A stretch of DNA of 64,000 nucleotides from Lysobacterales bacterium (GTDB taxonomy: Bacteria > Pseudomonadota > Gammaproteobacteria > Xanthomonadales > Rhodanobacteraceae): NCBI GenBank assembly GCA_038244165.1, contig JBBRTT010000010.1, forward strand, positions 11,905 to 75,904. The letters run 5' to 3'. Below the pieces are notes generated by a model. The model was not told the origin of the DNA. It did no database searches and saw nothing but the letters and a program-made list of their open reading frames with translations. Below are positions 19,667-29,874 of the stretch, in pieces. Position numbers and translations under genes: made by a program. Every line of letters starts with the position of its first letter. Within the stretch, counting starts at the first letter, position 1.

Positions 19667-21298
19667 ATGGCACAACAACCCCTTACCGATATTTTCTTCG
19701 AAAGCTTCGATCTGCATCCGAGTGTGCTTTCCGGCCTGCATGCTGCAGGCTTCACCCGCTGCACGCCGATCCAGGCGCTGACCTTGCCGCATGCACTGGC
19801 CGGGCGCGATGTCGCCGGCCAGGCGCAGACCGGCACCGGCAAGACCGCCGCGTTCCTGGTCGCGATTGTGCAGCGCATGCTGACGCAGCCGGCGTTTGCT
19901 GAACGCGGCCCGAGCGATCCGCGTGCGCTGATCATCGCGCCAACGCGCGAACTGGCGATCCAGATAGAGAAGGATTTCCAGCAGCTCGGCCGCGGCACCG
20001 GGATCAAATCCGCGCTGATCTATGGCGGCGTCGACTACGACAAGCAACGCGACCAGCTGCGCAACGGCGTCGATATCATCATCGCCACGCCCGGCCGCTT
20101 GCTCGACTATTTCAAGCAACGCGTTTTCTCGTTCAGCGCCGTGGAAGTCATGGTGATCGACGAAGCCGATCGCATGTTCGATCTGGGCTTTATCAAGGAC
20201 GTGCGCTACATCCTGCGGCGTTTGCCCGAGCGCGAACGCCGCCAGTGCCTGCTGTTCTCGGCAACGTTGAGCCATCGCGTGCTTGAGCTCGCCTACGAGC
20301 ACATGAATGAGCCGGAAAAGCTCACCGTCGAAAGCGAAAACATCACCGCCGACCGTGTGCGCCAAGTCATCTATTTTCCGGCGAGCGAGGAAAAACTGCC
20401 GCTGCTGATCGGTCTGTTGTCACGCACCGATGCGCAGCGCAGCATGGTCTTCGTCAACATGAAGGTCGCTGCGGAGAAAGTCGCGCGGCGCCTGGACCGC
20501 CAGGGGTTTGCCGTAGGCATGCTGTCCGGCGATGTTCCGCAAAAGAAGCGGCAAAGCCTGCTCGGCAAGTTTCAGCGCGGCGAGATCGAAATCCTGATCG
20601 CGACCGATGTGGCCGCGCGTGGCCTGCATATTCCCGACGTAAGTCACGTGTTCAACTACGACTTGCCGCAAGACGCGGAAGACTACGTGCATCGCATTGG
20701 CCGCACGGCGCGCCTAGGCGCCGAGGGCGATGCGATCAGTTTTGCCTGCGATATGTATGCGCAGGGTCTGCCCGACATCGAAACGTACATCGGTCAGAAG
20801 ATTCCCGTAGCGCGGGTTGAGCCGGAATTGCTGCTGGCACCGCCGCCGCGCGTGCGCACGACGCCGCTTCCGGTCAGCACCGAGGACGAAGACGACGGTT
20901 CGATTCCGACCGCGCCGCCGCCGTCGCGTTCGCGCACGCGGCCGCCGCAGCGTGCACCGCGTCGCGATGCACCGCGAGCGACGCATGCTGCCAGGCCTGC
21001 CGCGCCGCCGCCGCCGCCGCGTGCGCCTGCTCCGGTCGACGAAGCGAAAACCGCCGCTCCTGCGGGTGCGCCCAAGCGCAGCCGGCGCGGTGGTCGCGGC
21101 CGTCGTCGTGGCGCAGACGCGTCTGATTCGGCCGTGCCGGCAAAAGAAAACGCGAACCAAGCTTCGGGCAAGCGCCAGGAAAACCGCCAGCCCAGCCGCG
21201 GCCACGACACTCGCACCACGACGGCGCCATCGAGCGAGACTGCAGCGCCCAAGAAGCAGGGATTTTTCCGTCGTCTGGGCAATCTGTTCAAGCGCTGA
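19667..21298 (+). CDS. rhlB: DEAD-box RNA helicase RhlB with a long disordered C-tail
   Basis: [36 protein letters not shown]; divergent from trxA. Confidence 0.94.
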   Translation: MAQQPLTDIFFESFDLHPSVLSGLHAAGFTRCTPIQALTLPHALAGRDVAGQAQTGTGKTAAFLVAIVQRMLTQPAFAERGPSDPRALIIAPTRELAIQIEKDFQQLGRGTGIKSALIYGGVDYDKQRDQLRNGVDIIIATPGRLLDYFKQRVFSFSAVEVMVIDEADRMFDLGFIKDVRYILRRLPERERRQCLLFSATLSHRVLELAYEHMNEPEKLTVESENITADRVRQVIYFPASEEKLPLLIGLLSRTDAQRSMVFVNMKVAAEKVARRLDRQGFAVGMLSGDVPQKKRQSLLGKFQRGEIEILIATDVAARGLHIPDVSHVFNYDLPQDAEDYVHRIGRTARLGAEGDAISFACDMYAQGLPDIETYIGQKIPVARVEPELLLAPPPRVRTTPLPVSTEDEDDGSIPTAPPPSRSRTRPPQRAPRRDAPRATHAARPAAPPPPPRAPAPVDEAKTAAPAGAPKRSRRGGRGRRRGADASDSAVPAKENANQASGKRQENRQPSRGHDTRTTTAPSSETAAPKKQGFFRRLGNLFKR

Positions 21299-21380
21299 TC
21301 TTGGCGCTCGTTTTGTGGGGTCCTGATTCCATTGGGATCGATCTGCTACAGTCCGCGCCAGCCTTTGCCAGTAACAGCGC

Positions 21381-22280
21381 ATGCTGAACCCGCTGACCCA
21401 CGCCGACAACGAACGCCTGTCACGGCTTGCCGCGCTGATGGTTGCCGCGATCGCCGCGGCGCTGTGCCTGTGGCTGTTGGTGCGCCTGTTGTGGCTGGCC
21501 CTGCCGCACGCCGATGTGGCTGGCGACCTGGCGGCTGCCGCGCCGCGCCCGGTGGCCGCCGCGACAGCGCAATCGATCGCGAAGTGGCATCTGTTCGGCA
21601 ATCCGCAAAGCGTCAATCTGGCCCAGTTCGCGCGCAATGCGCCGGCCACCACATTGAAGCTCGCCCTGCGCGGCACGCTCGCGCTGGCTGATCCCAAGCA
21701 GGGCATCGCGATGATCGCCGACGAACAGGGCAACGAGCGCAGTTACAACGTCGGCGACGACGTCGCCGGAGCCAAGCTCACCGAGGTCTACACCGATCAT
21801 GTGGTGCTCAGCCACGAGGGGGCGTCGGAAACCTTGCAATTGCCGCGGCCGGAAACGCATGCGCCGGACATGCCGGACGTCAATCGGCAAAACCTCGCGA
21901 GTGCGCAGGCGGGCAAAGCCCTGAGCGTGCCGCCAACGTATGTGCCGCCGCAGATGACTCATGGCGCGCTGGACTGGAGCCAGGCGCAGAAGCAATTGCA
22001 GATCGACCCCACCGAACTGGCCAAGCAGATTCATGTCGAGCCGGTGTTCGAGAGTGGCAAGCTCGCTGGCGCACGCCTGTCCGGCGGCGGTCAGCTCGGC
22101 GCGCTGATGAACCAGGCCGGACTCAAGCCTACCGATCTCATCACCACGGTCAACGGCACGTCGCTGAAGACGCTGTCGAATCCGCAACAGTTCATAGACA
22201 ATCTGAAATACGCTACGAGCCTGCAGGTGACGGTGCTGCGCGACGGCAAGCCGGCCACGCTGACCCTGACCCTGCATTGA
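21381..22280 (+). CDS. gspC: Type II secretion protein GspC-like (TM, HR domain, PDZ)
   Basis: N-terminal TM, WHLFG, LKLALRG...EVYTDHVVL, C-terminal PDZ (GLKPTDLITTVNG...VLRDG); upstream of the secretin. Confidence 0.82.
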   Translation: MLNPLTHADNERLSRLAALMVAAIAAALCLWLLVRLLWLALPHADVAGDLAAAAPRPVAAATAQSIAKWHLFGNPQSVNLAQFARNAPATTLKLALRGTLALADPKQGIAMIADEQGNERSYNVGDDVAGAKLTEVYTDHVVLSHEGASETLQLPRPETHAPDMPDVNRQNLASAQAGKALSVPPTYVPPQMTHGALDWSQAQKQLQIDPTELAKQIHVEPVFESGKLAGARLSGGGQLGALMNQAGLKPTDLITTVNGTSLKTLSNPQQFIDNLKYATSLQVTVLRDGKPATLTLTLH

Positions 22281-22312
22281 TTTACACTTATATATTTGTA
22301 GAGAAGTATACG

Positions 22313-24460
22313 ATGACCAGCCGTTTGTTTCTTGTCAGTGTCGTCAGCCTGGGTGCCACGCTGGCCTCCGCGCGATCCAGCGATCCGGTGAACGTGACGC
22401 CGATCTCTCCCGGCGGTCCGTCGGTCAACTCCGCGATTGCTGCGCCGGTTGTGGCACCGCCCGCAGTACGGGCCGATGCGGCCAATCCGCCCGGCACGCA
22501 TACGCTCAATCTGAAGGACGCCGACATTCAGGTGCTGATTGCCACGGTGTCGGAGATCACCGGCAAGAATTTCATTATCGGCCCGAACGTGACGGGCAAG
22601 GTGACGGTCGTGTCGGCGCGGCCGATGCACCCGGACGAAATCTACGATGTGTTCCTGTCGGTGCTGCGCGTGCACGGCTATGCCGCGATCAAGGCCGGCA
22701 GCATGATCAAGATCGTGCCGGAAGCGGCCGCACAGCAGGACGGCTCCGGCGGCCTGGACGGCACTCATGGCCACGAAGCCGACGAACTCATCACCCAGAT
22801 CGTTCCGGTCAAGCACATTTCCGCGACGGAACTCGTGCCGATCCTGCGTCCGTTGATGCCGCAGGGCGCGCAGCTGATCGCGCATCCGGGATCCAATTCG
22901 CTGGTGATTTCCGACCGCTCCGGCAACGTCGAGCGCATGGTCAGCATCATCCAGCGCATCGATACCGTGTCGGACTCCGGCGTGGAAGTGATTGTGCTGC
23001 AGCACGCCAGTGCCGCAGAAGTCGCGCGCATCTTGACCCAGCTTGCCGACACCAAAGCGCCCGATCTGAGCGGCGATGCGCCGAAAGTGTTCGCCGACCA
23101 GCGCACGAATTCGATCCTGCTTTCCGGCGGCAAGAGTGGGCGCCTGCGCCTGCGTGCGCTGGTGACGCATCTGGATACACCGGTCAGCAATGGCGGCGAC
23201 ACCCAGGTCGTGTACCTGAACTACGCCAGCGCCAAGGACCTGGTGCCGATCCTGCAAGGCGTGGCCTCCACGCTCACGGGCGAGGCGCCGCCGACCAAGG
23301 GCGGCGCTGCGGCAAATGCAACAAATGCCACATCATCGGACAAAGTGTCGACGGCGACGATCCAGGCGCACGAGGAAGACAATGCGTTGGTCATCAGCGC
23401 GCCGCCGGCGGTGTTCCGTTCGCTGGCTTCGGTAATCCGCCAGCTCGACATCCGTCGCGCCCAGGTGCTGATCGAAGCGGTGATCGCGGAAGTCTCCGAC
23501 GAAACGGCGAATGAGTTGGGCGTGCAGTGGCAGTTCCCGGTCGGCGACAAGGCACACGTGATCGGCGGCACGAACTTCACGGGCAACACGCCGGGCAACA
23601 ACATCCTCACTGCGACCGCGGGCTTGAACACCAAGGGTGGCCCTGCTGTCACTGTCGGTAATGGCTTCAACGTCGGCTATTTCGACACGATCACGCTAGC
23701 CGGCCAGCATCTGCTGAGTCTCGGCGCATTGGTCTCGGCGCTGCGCAGCAACGGCAAGAACAATATCCTGTCGACACCCTCGGTGATGACGCTGGACAAC
23801 CAGGAAGCCATGATCAAGGTCGGCCAGGAAGTGCCGTTTCTGACCGGCTCCTACACGACCAATACGGGCAGCTCGAGCACGAGCACGAGCGGCAGCACGA
23901 CCGGCATCGGCAATCCGTTCCAGACGATCCAGCGCAAAGACGTTGGGTTGACGCTGAAAGTGACGCCGCATGTGAACTCCGGCGACTCTGTGCGTCTGGA
24001 TATCCATCAGGAAGTGTCCAACCTGCTGCCGCCGGTGCAGGGCGCGGCCGATCTCATCACCAGCAAGCGCGAAGTGCAAACCACGGTGCTGATCAAGAAC
24101 GATTCGCTGCTGGTGCTTGGTGGCCTGATCTCGGACAACGTCAAGGACAGTGTGCAGAAAGTGCCGGCACTCGGTGACATTCCGCTACTTGGCAACCTGT
24201 TCCGCTATCGCAGCAACGATCACCAGAAACAGGATCTGATGATCTTCCTGCACCCGCGCATCCTGCGCGATGCCGCGAGCGAAGCGGTGGTGTCCGGGGA
24301 GAAGTATAATTATATACGTACTGAACAATTGATGATGCGCGAGAACGGCGAGACGATCACGCCGCGCGGCTCACAACCGATGCTGCCGGAAATTCACGAT
24401 TTCCTCGCCAGTCCAGCCATGGATGTGGCGCCGAAGGACCAAGGCAAGAAGCATCCGTGA
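22313..24460 (+). CDS. gspD: Type II secretion secretin GspD
   Basis: LNLKDADI...ITGKNFII, LDIRRAQVLIEAVIAEV, VGQEVP, KVPALGDIPLLGNLF. Confidence 0.95.
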   Translation: MTSRLFLVSVVSLGATLASARSSDPVNVTPISPGGPSVNSAIAAPVVAPPAVRADAANPPGTHTLNLKDADIQVLIATVSEITGKNFIIGPNVTGKVTVVSARPMHPDEIYDVFLSVLRVHGYAAIKAGSMIKIVPEAAAQQDGSGGLDGTHGHEADELITQIVPVKHISATELVPILRPLMPQGAQLIAHPGSNSLVISDRSGNVERMVSIIQRIDTVSDSGVEVIVLQHASAAEVARILTQLADTKAPDLSGDAPKVFADQRTNSILLSGGKSGRLRLRALVTHLDTPVSNGGDTQVVYLNYASAKDLVPILQGVASTLTGEAPPTKGGAAANATNATSSDKVSTATIQAHEEDNALVISAPPAVFRSLASVIRQLDIRRAQVLIEAVIAEVSDETANELGVQWQFPVGDKAHVIGGTNFTGNTPGNNILTATAGLNTKGGPAVTVGNGFNVGYFDTITLAGQHLLSLGALVSALRSNGKNNILSTPSVMTLDNQEAMIKVGQEVPFLTGSYTTNTGSSSTSTSGSTTGIGNPFQTIQRKDVGLTLKVTPHVNSGDSVRLDIHQEVSNLLPPVQGAADLITSKREVQTTVLIKNDSLLVLGGLISDNVKDSVQKVPALGDIPLLGNLFRYRSNDHQKQDLMIFLHPRILRDAASEAVVSGEKYNYIRTEQLMMRENGETITPRGSQPMLPEIHDFLASPAMDVAPKDQGKKHP

Positions 24461-24470
24461 GCACGGCGCA

Positions 24471-25988
24471 ATGACACCGGCATCGATCGCGTCTGCACCG
24501 GCAACGACGACGCCTACGGCGCATCCACCGCGGCCGAGTTTTGGATTTGCCCGGCGCAACGGCGCCACGTTGACCGCGTGGCGCGAGAACGTCGCCGAGA
24601 TTGCCTGCCGTGAAGGCGTCAAACCCGAAGTGCTGGCGGAGTTGCGCCGATATTTGGGCGCGCCGCTCAAGATCGCGCGCCACAGCGCTGCCGAGTACGA
24701 GCGCCTTCTGCGTGCGCTGTACGAGCAGGGCGACGACGCCCGTGCGATGGTCGCCGATTTCGACGATGACATGGATCTGAAAACGCTCGCGGACGAATTG
24801 CCGGAACCTGAAGATCTGCTCGAGTCCAAGGATGATGCGCCGATCATTCGTTTGATCAATGCGCTGCTCACTGAAGCGGTGAAAGAGGGCGCGAGCGATA
24901 TCCATATCGAGCCGTTCGAGAATCGCCTGGTCGTGCGTTTTCGCATCGACGGCGTGTTGCGCGAAGTGCTGGCGCCGCAAAAGGCGATCGCGAACGCGGT
25001 GGTCAGCCGTATCAAGGTCATGGCGCGGCTGGACATCGCCGAGAAACGCCTGCCGCAGGATGGCCGTATCGGTCTGCGCATCGCCGGGCGTCCGGTCGAT
25101 GTGCGCGTGTCGACGATTCCGGCCGGGCATGGGGAGCGCGTTGTACTGCGACTGCTCGACAAACAGGCTGGAAAACTCGACCTGGCCCAGCTCGGCATGG
25201 CGCCGGGCACGCTGCAATCCTTGAGCGAAATCATCGAGCGCCCGCACGGTATACTTTTGGTCACCGGCCCCACCGGGTCGGGCAAGACCACGACGCTTTA
25301 CGGTTCGCTGCTGCGCCTGAACGACTCCAGCCGCAACATCATGACCGTGGAGGATCCGATCGAGTACTACATCGACGGCGTCGGCCAGACCCAGGTCAAC
25401 ACCAAGGTCGAGATGACGTTTGCGCGCGGCCTGCGCGCGATCCTGCGCCAGGATCCGGACGTGGTCATGATCGGCGAAATCCGCGATCTGGAAACTGCGC
25501 AGATTGCTGTGCAGGCGTCCCTGACCGGACACCTGGTGCTGTCGACCCTGCACACGAATTCCGCGGTCGGCGCAGTGACACGCCTGCGCGATATGGGCGT
25601 GGAACCCTTTCTGCTGTCGTCGTCGCTGATTGGCGTGCTCGCGCAACGCCTGGTGCGCGTGCTCGATCCAGCGCTGCGCGAAAGCTACATCGCCACGCCG
25701 CGCGAAGTCGCCGCGTTCGGCAAACCTGCCGACATGCATGCGACGCTGTACCGTCCCGACGCTCAGCAATTGGGCCGCCATGCCGGCTATCGCGGCCGTA
25801 CGGGCATTTACGAATTCGTGCCGGTCGACGAAGAACTGCGTCGCCTGATCCACGCCAATGCCGCCGAGGCGGAGCTGGAACGTCACGCCCGCACGCGCTC
25901 GCCAAGCATCCTCGACGACGGTTGGGACAAGTGCGTCGCCGGCACAAGCTCGGTCGAGGAAGTGCTCAGGGTGACGCGGGAAGAGTGA
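24471..25988 (+). CDS. gspE: Type II secretion ATPase GspE
   Basis: ASDIHIEP, LDIAEKRLPQDGR, GPTGSGKTTTLY, LRQDPDVVMIGEIRD, STLHTN. Confidence 0.95.
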   Translation: MTPASIASAPATTTPTAHPPRPSFGFARRNGATLTAWRENVAEIACREGVKPEVLAELRRYLGAPLKIARHSAAEYERLLRALYEQGDDARAMVADFDDDMDLKTLADELPEPEDLLESKDDAPIIRLINALLTEAVKEGASDIHIEPFENRLVVRFRIDGVLREVLAPQKAIANAVVSRIKVMARLDIAEKRLPQDGRIGLRIAGRPVDVRVSTIPAGHGERVVLRLLDKQAGKLDLAQLGMAPGTLQSLSEIIERPHGILLVTGPTGSGKTTTLYGSLLRLNDSSRNIMTVEDPIEYYIDGVGQTQVNTKVEMTFARGLRAILRQDPDVVMIGEIRDLETAQIAVQASLTGHLVLSTLHTNSAVGAVTRLRDMGVEPFLLSSSLIGVLAQRLVRVLDPALRESYIATPREVAAFGKPADMHATLYRPDAQQLGRHAGYRGRTGIYEFVPVDEELRRLIHANAAEAELERHARTRSPSILDDGWDKCVAGTSSVEEVLRVTREE

Positions 25989-25989
25989 T

Positions 25990-26496
25990 GTGTCGGCAGA
26001 CAACACGAACGTCATGATTCGCGACGCTTCGGCAAACGATTTTTCGGCAATCCTGGAGTTGAACGCGGCATCCGTTCATTTCCTGAGTCCGCTGGACGCA
26101 ATCGGCTTGCGTCACCTGCACGCGCAGGCTGCGTACCATCGTGTCGTTGAACTACAAGGTCGCGTCGCTGCATTCCTGCTCGCATTCCGCGAAGACGCGC
26201 ACTACGACAGTCCGAACTATCTGTGGTTCACGCAGCATTACCCGGCTTTCCTCTACATCGACCGCATCGTCGTTGATCTCGCGGCGCGAGGTCTGGGCCT
26301 GGGTATACAGTTGTACGACGACATTATCGCATTCGCGTCACGCACCGGCGTCACGCGACTAACCTGCGAATTCGATCTGGATCCGCCCAACCCGGTCTCG
26401 GCAAGATTCCATCAGCGTTATGCTTTCCGCGAAGTCGGCCGCCAACGGGTGGGCGCTGGCATGAAGCAGGTTTCATTGCAGGCGCGCGACATTTGA
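25990..26496 (+). CDS. GNAT-family acetyltransferase
   Basis: YDSPNYLWF, FLYIDRIVV...ARGLGLG acetyl-CoA motif, PPNPVSARFH. Confidence 0.85.
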   Translation: MSADNTNVMIRDASANDFSAILELNAASVHFLSPLDAIGLRHLHAQAAYHRVVELQGRVAAFLLAFREDAHYDSPNYLWFTQHYPAFLYIDRIVVDLAARGLGLGIQLYDDIIAFASRTGVTRLTCEFDLDPPNPVSARFHQRYAFREVGRQRVGAGMKQVSLQARDI

Positions 26497-26550
26497 AGTC
26501 TGTGGGGCGGACTCCGGTATGATCGGCAGCAGAATTTTCGGGGAGCAAGC

Positions 26551-27993
26551 ATGAGCCTGATTGCGCAACTCACGCGTCACAAATCCATCGAACAGCTGCA
26601 GGCGGATCTGGGCACGCGCAAGGATTTCCGCCGCGTGCTCGGACTCTGGCAACTCACTGCAATCGGCCTGGGCGGGATCATCGGCGTCGGCATCTTCGTG
26701 CTCGCGGGGCAACAAGCGGCGATGAACGCGGGACCCGCCGTGGCGCTTTCATTCATCATCGCCGGTATCGCCAGTACCGCCGCTGCACTGTGCTACGCGG
26801 AATTCGCCGGACTCATCCCGGTCACTGGCAGCGCTTACACCTACGGTTACGCCGTGCTCGGCGAAGGCATCGCCTGGCTCATCGGCTGGGATCTGCTGCT
26901 CGAGTACGCCTTGATTGTCGCTGCGGTTGCCAGCGGTTGGTCCGGCTACGTGCTCAACTTGCTCGATGCGTTTGGTATCCACGTGCCCGAAGCATTGCGA
27001 GGCGCCCCCGGATCGGGCGACGGCCACGTATTCAATTTGATCGGCGCCATCGTGGCGATGGCGGTCGCCGTGCTGCTGACTTTGCGCACCGAGTGGGGCG
27101 CGCGCGCCAATACGCTGATCGTCGCGATCAAGATCGTGGCGGTAGTATTGGTCATCGGCGTCGGCGTTTTCTATGTCAACCCGGCGAACTGGCATCCGTT
27201 CGTTCCTGAGCAGGTCGTTGACGCAAAGGGCGTCGCGCACTTCGGCTGGCCAGGCGTCGTCACCGCCGCCGCCGTCGTGTTTTTTGCCGTGTTCGGTTAC
27301 GACACGCTGACCACGGCTGCCGAAGAAGCCAAGAACCCACAGCGCGACCTGCCGCGTGCGATCCTGTTGTCTCTCGGGGTGTCGATGACGTTGTACATCG
27401 CGATCACGCTGGTGTTGACCGGGATGGTGCCGTACACGCAACTCGGCAACGAAGCGCCAGTCTCCCAGGCGTTCCAGGCGCTCGGCATGAAGTGGATCGG
27501 CGCGGCGATATCCGCCACGGCCATCGCCAGCATCCTTAGCGTGATCTTCGCCTTCATGCTGGCGGCGGCGCGCATCTGGTTTGCGCTATCGCGCGATGGT
27601 CTGCTGCCCGCCTGGTTCGCGAAAGTGCATCCGCGCTACGGCACGCCGCATCGGCCTACGATTGTGCTCGGAGTATTCACCGCCGTCGTCGCCGGGCTGT
27701 TTCCGCTCGGCGAAGTGGCCAAGCTCGTCAACATCGGCGTGCTCTCCGCATTTATCGTGATCTGCGCTGCGGTGCTGCTGCTGCGTTCGCGCAAGCCGGA
27801 ACTGCCGCGCGCGTTCCGCACACCGTGGGTACCAGTCATACCTGTGATCGGCATTCTATTTTCGGTCTGGCTGCTGTCCGAACTTGCCTTCATCACCTGG
27901 ATGGTCTTCCTGGTGTGGCTCGCCCTGGGCTTGCTGATCTATTTCGGCTACGGCATCCGCCACAGCAAACTCGCGCAGGGCGCGCAGAAGTAG
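26551..27993 (+). CDS. APC-family amino-acid permease (cationic amino-acid transporter type)
   Basis: GIIGVGIFV, ALCYAEFA, GSAYTY, AEEAKNPQRDLP, SRDGLLP. Confidence 0.92.
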   Translation: MSLIAQLTRHKSIEQLQADLGTRKDFRRVLGLWQLTAIGLGGIIGVGIFVLAGQQAAMNAGPAVALSFIIAGIASTAAALCYAEFAGLIPVTGSAYTYGYAVLGEGIAWLIGWDLLLEYALIVAAVASGWSGYVLNLLDAFGIHVPEALRGAPGSGDGHVFNLIGAIVAMAVAVLLTLRTEWGARANTLIVAIKIVAVVLVIGVGVFYVNPANWHPFVPEQVVDAKGVAHFGWPGVVTAAAVVFFAVFGYDTLTTAAEEAKNPQRDLPRAILLSLGVSMTLYIAITLVLTGMVPYTQLGNEAPVSQAFQALGMKWIGAAISATAIASILSVIFAFMLAAARIWFALSRDGLLPAWFAKVHPRYGTPHRPTIVLGVFTAVVAGLFPLGEVAKLVNIGVLSAFIVICAAVLLLRSRKPELPRAFRTPWVPVIPVIGILFSVWLLSELAFITWMVFLVWLALGLLIYFGYGIRHSKLAQGAQK

Positions 27994-28000
27994 CGACGCG

Positions 28001-29206
28001 ATGCCTGCCTTCGCTTATCAGGCGCTCGACAGCACCGGCAAGACTCAGCGCGGCGTGCTGCAGGGCGATACTGCGCGCGCTGTGCGCGCGGTTTTGCGCG
28101 AACGCGGCCTGAATCCGCTCGACGTCGCTCCGGTAACCGAAGCGCAACAGCGCAGCAGTTTTTTCCGGCGCGGCTTGAGCGGCGCGCAATTGGCCCTGCT
28201 CACGCGTCAGCTGGCGACCTTGCTCAAAGCCGGGTTGCCGGTCGACGAGGCGCTCGCGGCACTGGCTGAGCAGAACGATGATCAACGCGCGCGTGCCCTG
28301 GTCGGCGCGCTGCGTGCACGCGTGCTCGAAGGCGCGGGCCTGGCCGCTGCGCTCGCCGACTCGCCGGACAGTTTTCCCGAAATCTATCGCGCGTCGATCG
28401 CGGCCGGCGAACAATCCGGCCGCCTCGATCAGGTACTCGCGCGGCTCGCCGACTACAGTGAAGCGCGCGATGCCTTGAATCAAAAGGTCTGGGCGGCGCT
28501 CGCCTATCCGCTGCTGTTGACGATCGTCGCGGTCGCCGTAGTCAGCGGTTTGCTTGTCTACGTCGTGCCGCAGATTGTGGGCGTGTTCACCCAGATGCAT
28601 CAGGTCTTGCCGCTGCCGACACGCGCATTGCTTGCGCTGAGTAGTTTCGTGCAGGCATGGGGTTGGTTGTTGCTGCTGGCGATCGTCGTTGCTGCGATTG
28701 GCGGCCGCCTGGCCTTGCGTACCGAGCAGGTGCGCTACGCGTGGCACGGCATGTTGTTGCGCTTGCCGTTGATCGGCAAGCTCGTGCGGGCCGCGAATAC
28801 CGCGCGCTGTACGCGCACGCTGGCGTTGCTCACGGCGAGCGCCGTGCCGCTTCTGGATGCCTTGAATATTGGCGCACAGGTGATGCCGAATCTGCCGATG
28901 CGCGCGGCGGTAAAACGCGCGGCGCTGAAAGTGCGCGAAGGTGGCAGCTTTTCGCGCGCACTCGGCGACAGCGGCTATTTCCCACCGGTGGCGCTGCGCC
29001 TTATCTCAAGCGGCGAGCGTGCCGGCGAACTCGCACACATGCTCGATGAAGCGGCCAATCACCAGCAGCGCGAACTGGATCGCTGGATGACGACGCTGAC
29101 CGCGATCCTCGGCCCACTGGTGATCCTGCTGGTCGGTGCCATGGTGCTGTTCATCGTGCTCGCGATTCTGCTGCCGATCTTCAACCTCAACCAGATGGTC
29201 AAATGA
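28001..29206 (+). CDS. gspF: Type II secretion inner-membrane platform GspF
   Basis: MPAFAYQALD, TRQLATLL.AGLP, AGEQSGRL, LAYP, LAILLPIFNLNQ. Confidence 0.94.
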   Translation: MPAFAYQALDSTGKTQRGVLQGDTARAVRAVLRERGLNPLDVAPVTEAQQRSSFFRRGLSGAQLALLTRQLATLLKAGLPVDEALAALAEQNDDQRARALVGALRARVLEGAGLAAALADSPDSFPEIYRASIAAGEQSGRLDQVLARLADYSEARDALNQKVWAALAYPLLLTIVAVAVVSGLLVYVVPQIVGVFTQMHQVLPLPTRALLALSSFVQAWGWLLLLAIVVAAIGGRLALRTEQVRYAWHGMLLRLPLIGKLVRAANTARCTRTLALLTASAVPLLDALNIGAQVMPNLPMRAAVKRAALKVREGGSFSRALGDSGYFPPVALRLISSGERAGELAHMLDEAANHQQRELDRWMTTLTAILGPLVILLVGAMVLFIVLAILLPIFNLNQMVK

Positions 29207-29874
29207 TCCGCTTCGACCTGGTCGGCAAACGCTATCCATCCGGGCACGAGGCGCTGGCGGAATTGAGCTTCGAACTGGCTGCGGGCGAGATGGCCTTCGT
29301 CACCGGGCATTCCGGCGCAGGCAAAAGCACACTTTTAAAATTGGTCGCCTTGCTCGAGCGTCCGTCACGCGGACAGATCACGGTCAACGGCCAGAATCTG
29401 AACCATACGCGCCGGCGCGGCATACCGCAGGTGCGCCGCGGCATCGGTATGGTGTTCCAGGATCATCGCCTGCTGCTGGATCGCAGCGTGTTTGATAATG
29501 TCGCGCTGCCGCTGGTGATCGCGGGAATGGCGCGTGAGGAAATCGGCAAACGCGTGCGCGCGGCGCTCGACAAGGTCGGCCTGCTCGCGCGCGAACAGGC
29601 CGCGCCAATCGCGCTGTCTACCGGTGAACAGCAACGCGTTGGCATTGCGCGCGCGATCGTGGCCAAGCCGCCGCTGTTGATTGCGGATGAACCGACCGGC
29701 AATCTGGATCCGCAGTTGTCAGCGGAAGTCATGGCGCTGTTCGGCGAATTTCAGCAGGTGGGCACGACGGTACTCGTCGCCAGTCACGATCTGGCCCTGG
29801 TAAAACGTATGGGCAAGCGTGTGCTGGTGCTGGATCACGGCCGCTTGATCGACGATTTCCGGCCCGTCGCATGA
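29203..29874 (+). CDS. ftsE: Cell-division ATP-binding protein FtsE
   Basis: GHSGAGKSTLLK, VFQDHRLL, LSTGEQQRVGIARA, IADEPTGNLDP. Confidence 0.95.
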   Translation: MIRFDLVGKRYPSGHEALAELSFELAAGEMAFVTGHSGAGKSTLLKLVALLERPSRGQITVNGQNLNHTRRRGIPQVRRGIGMVFQDHRLLLDRSVFDNVALPLVIAGMAREEIGKRVRAALDKVGLLAREQAAPIALSTGEQQRVGIARAIVAKPPLLIADEPTGNLDPQLSAEVMALFGEFQQVGTTVLVASHDLALVKRMGKRVLVLDHGRLIDDFRPVA

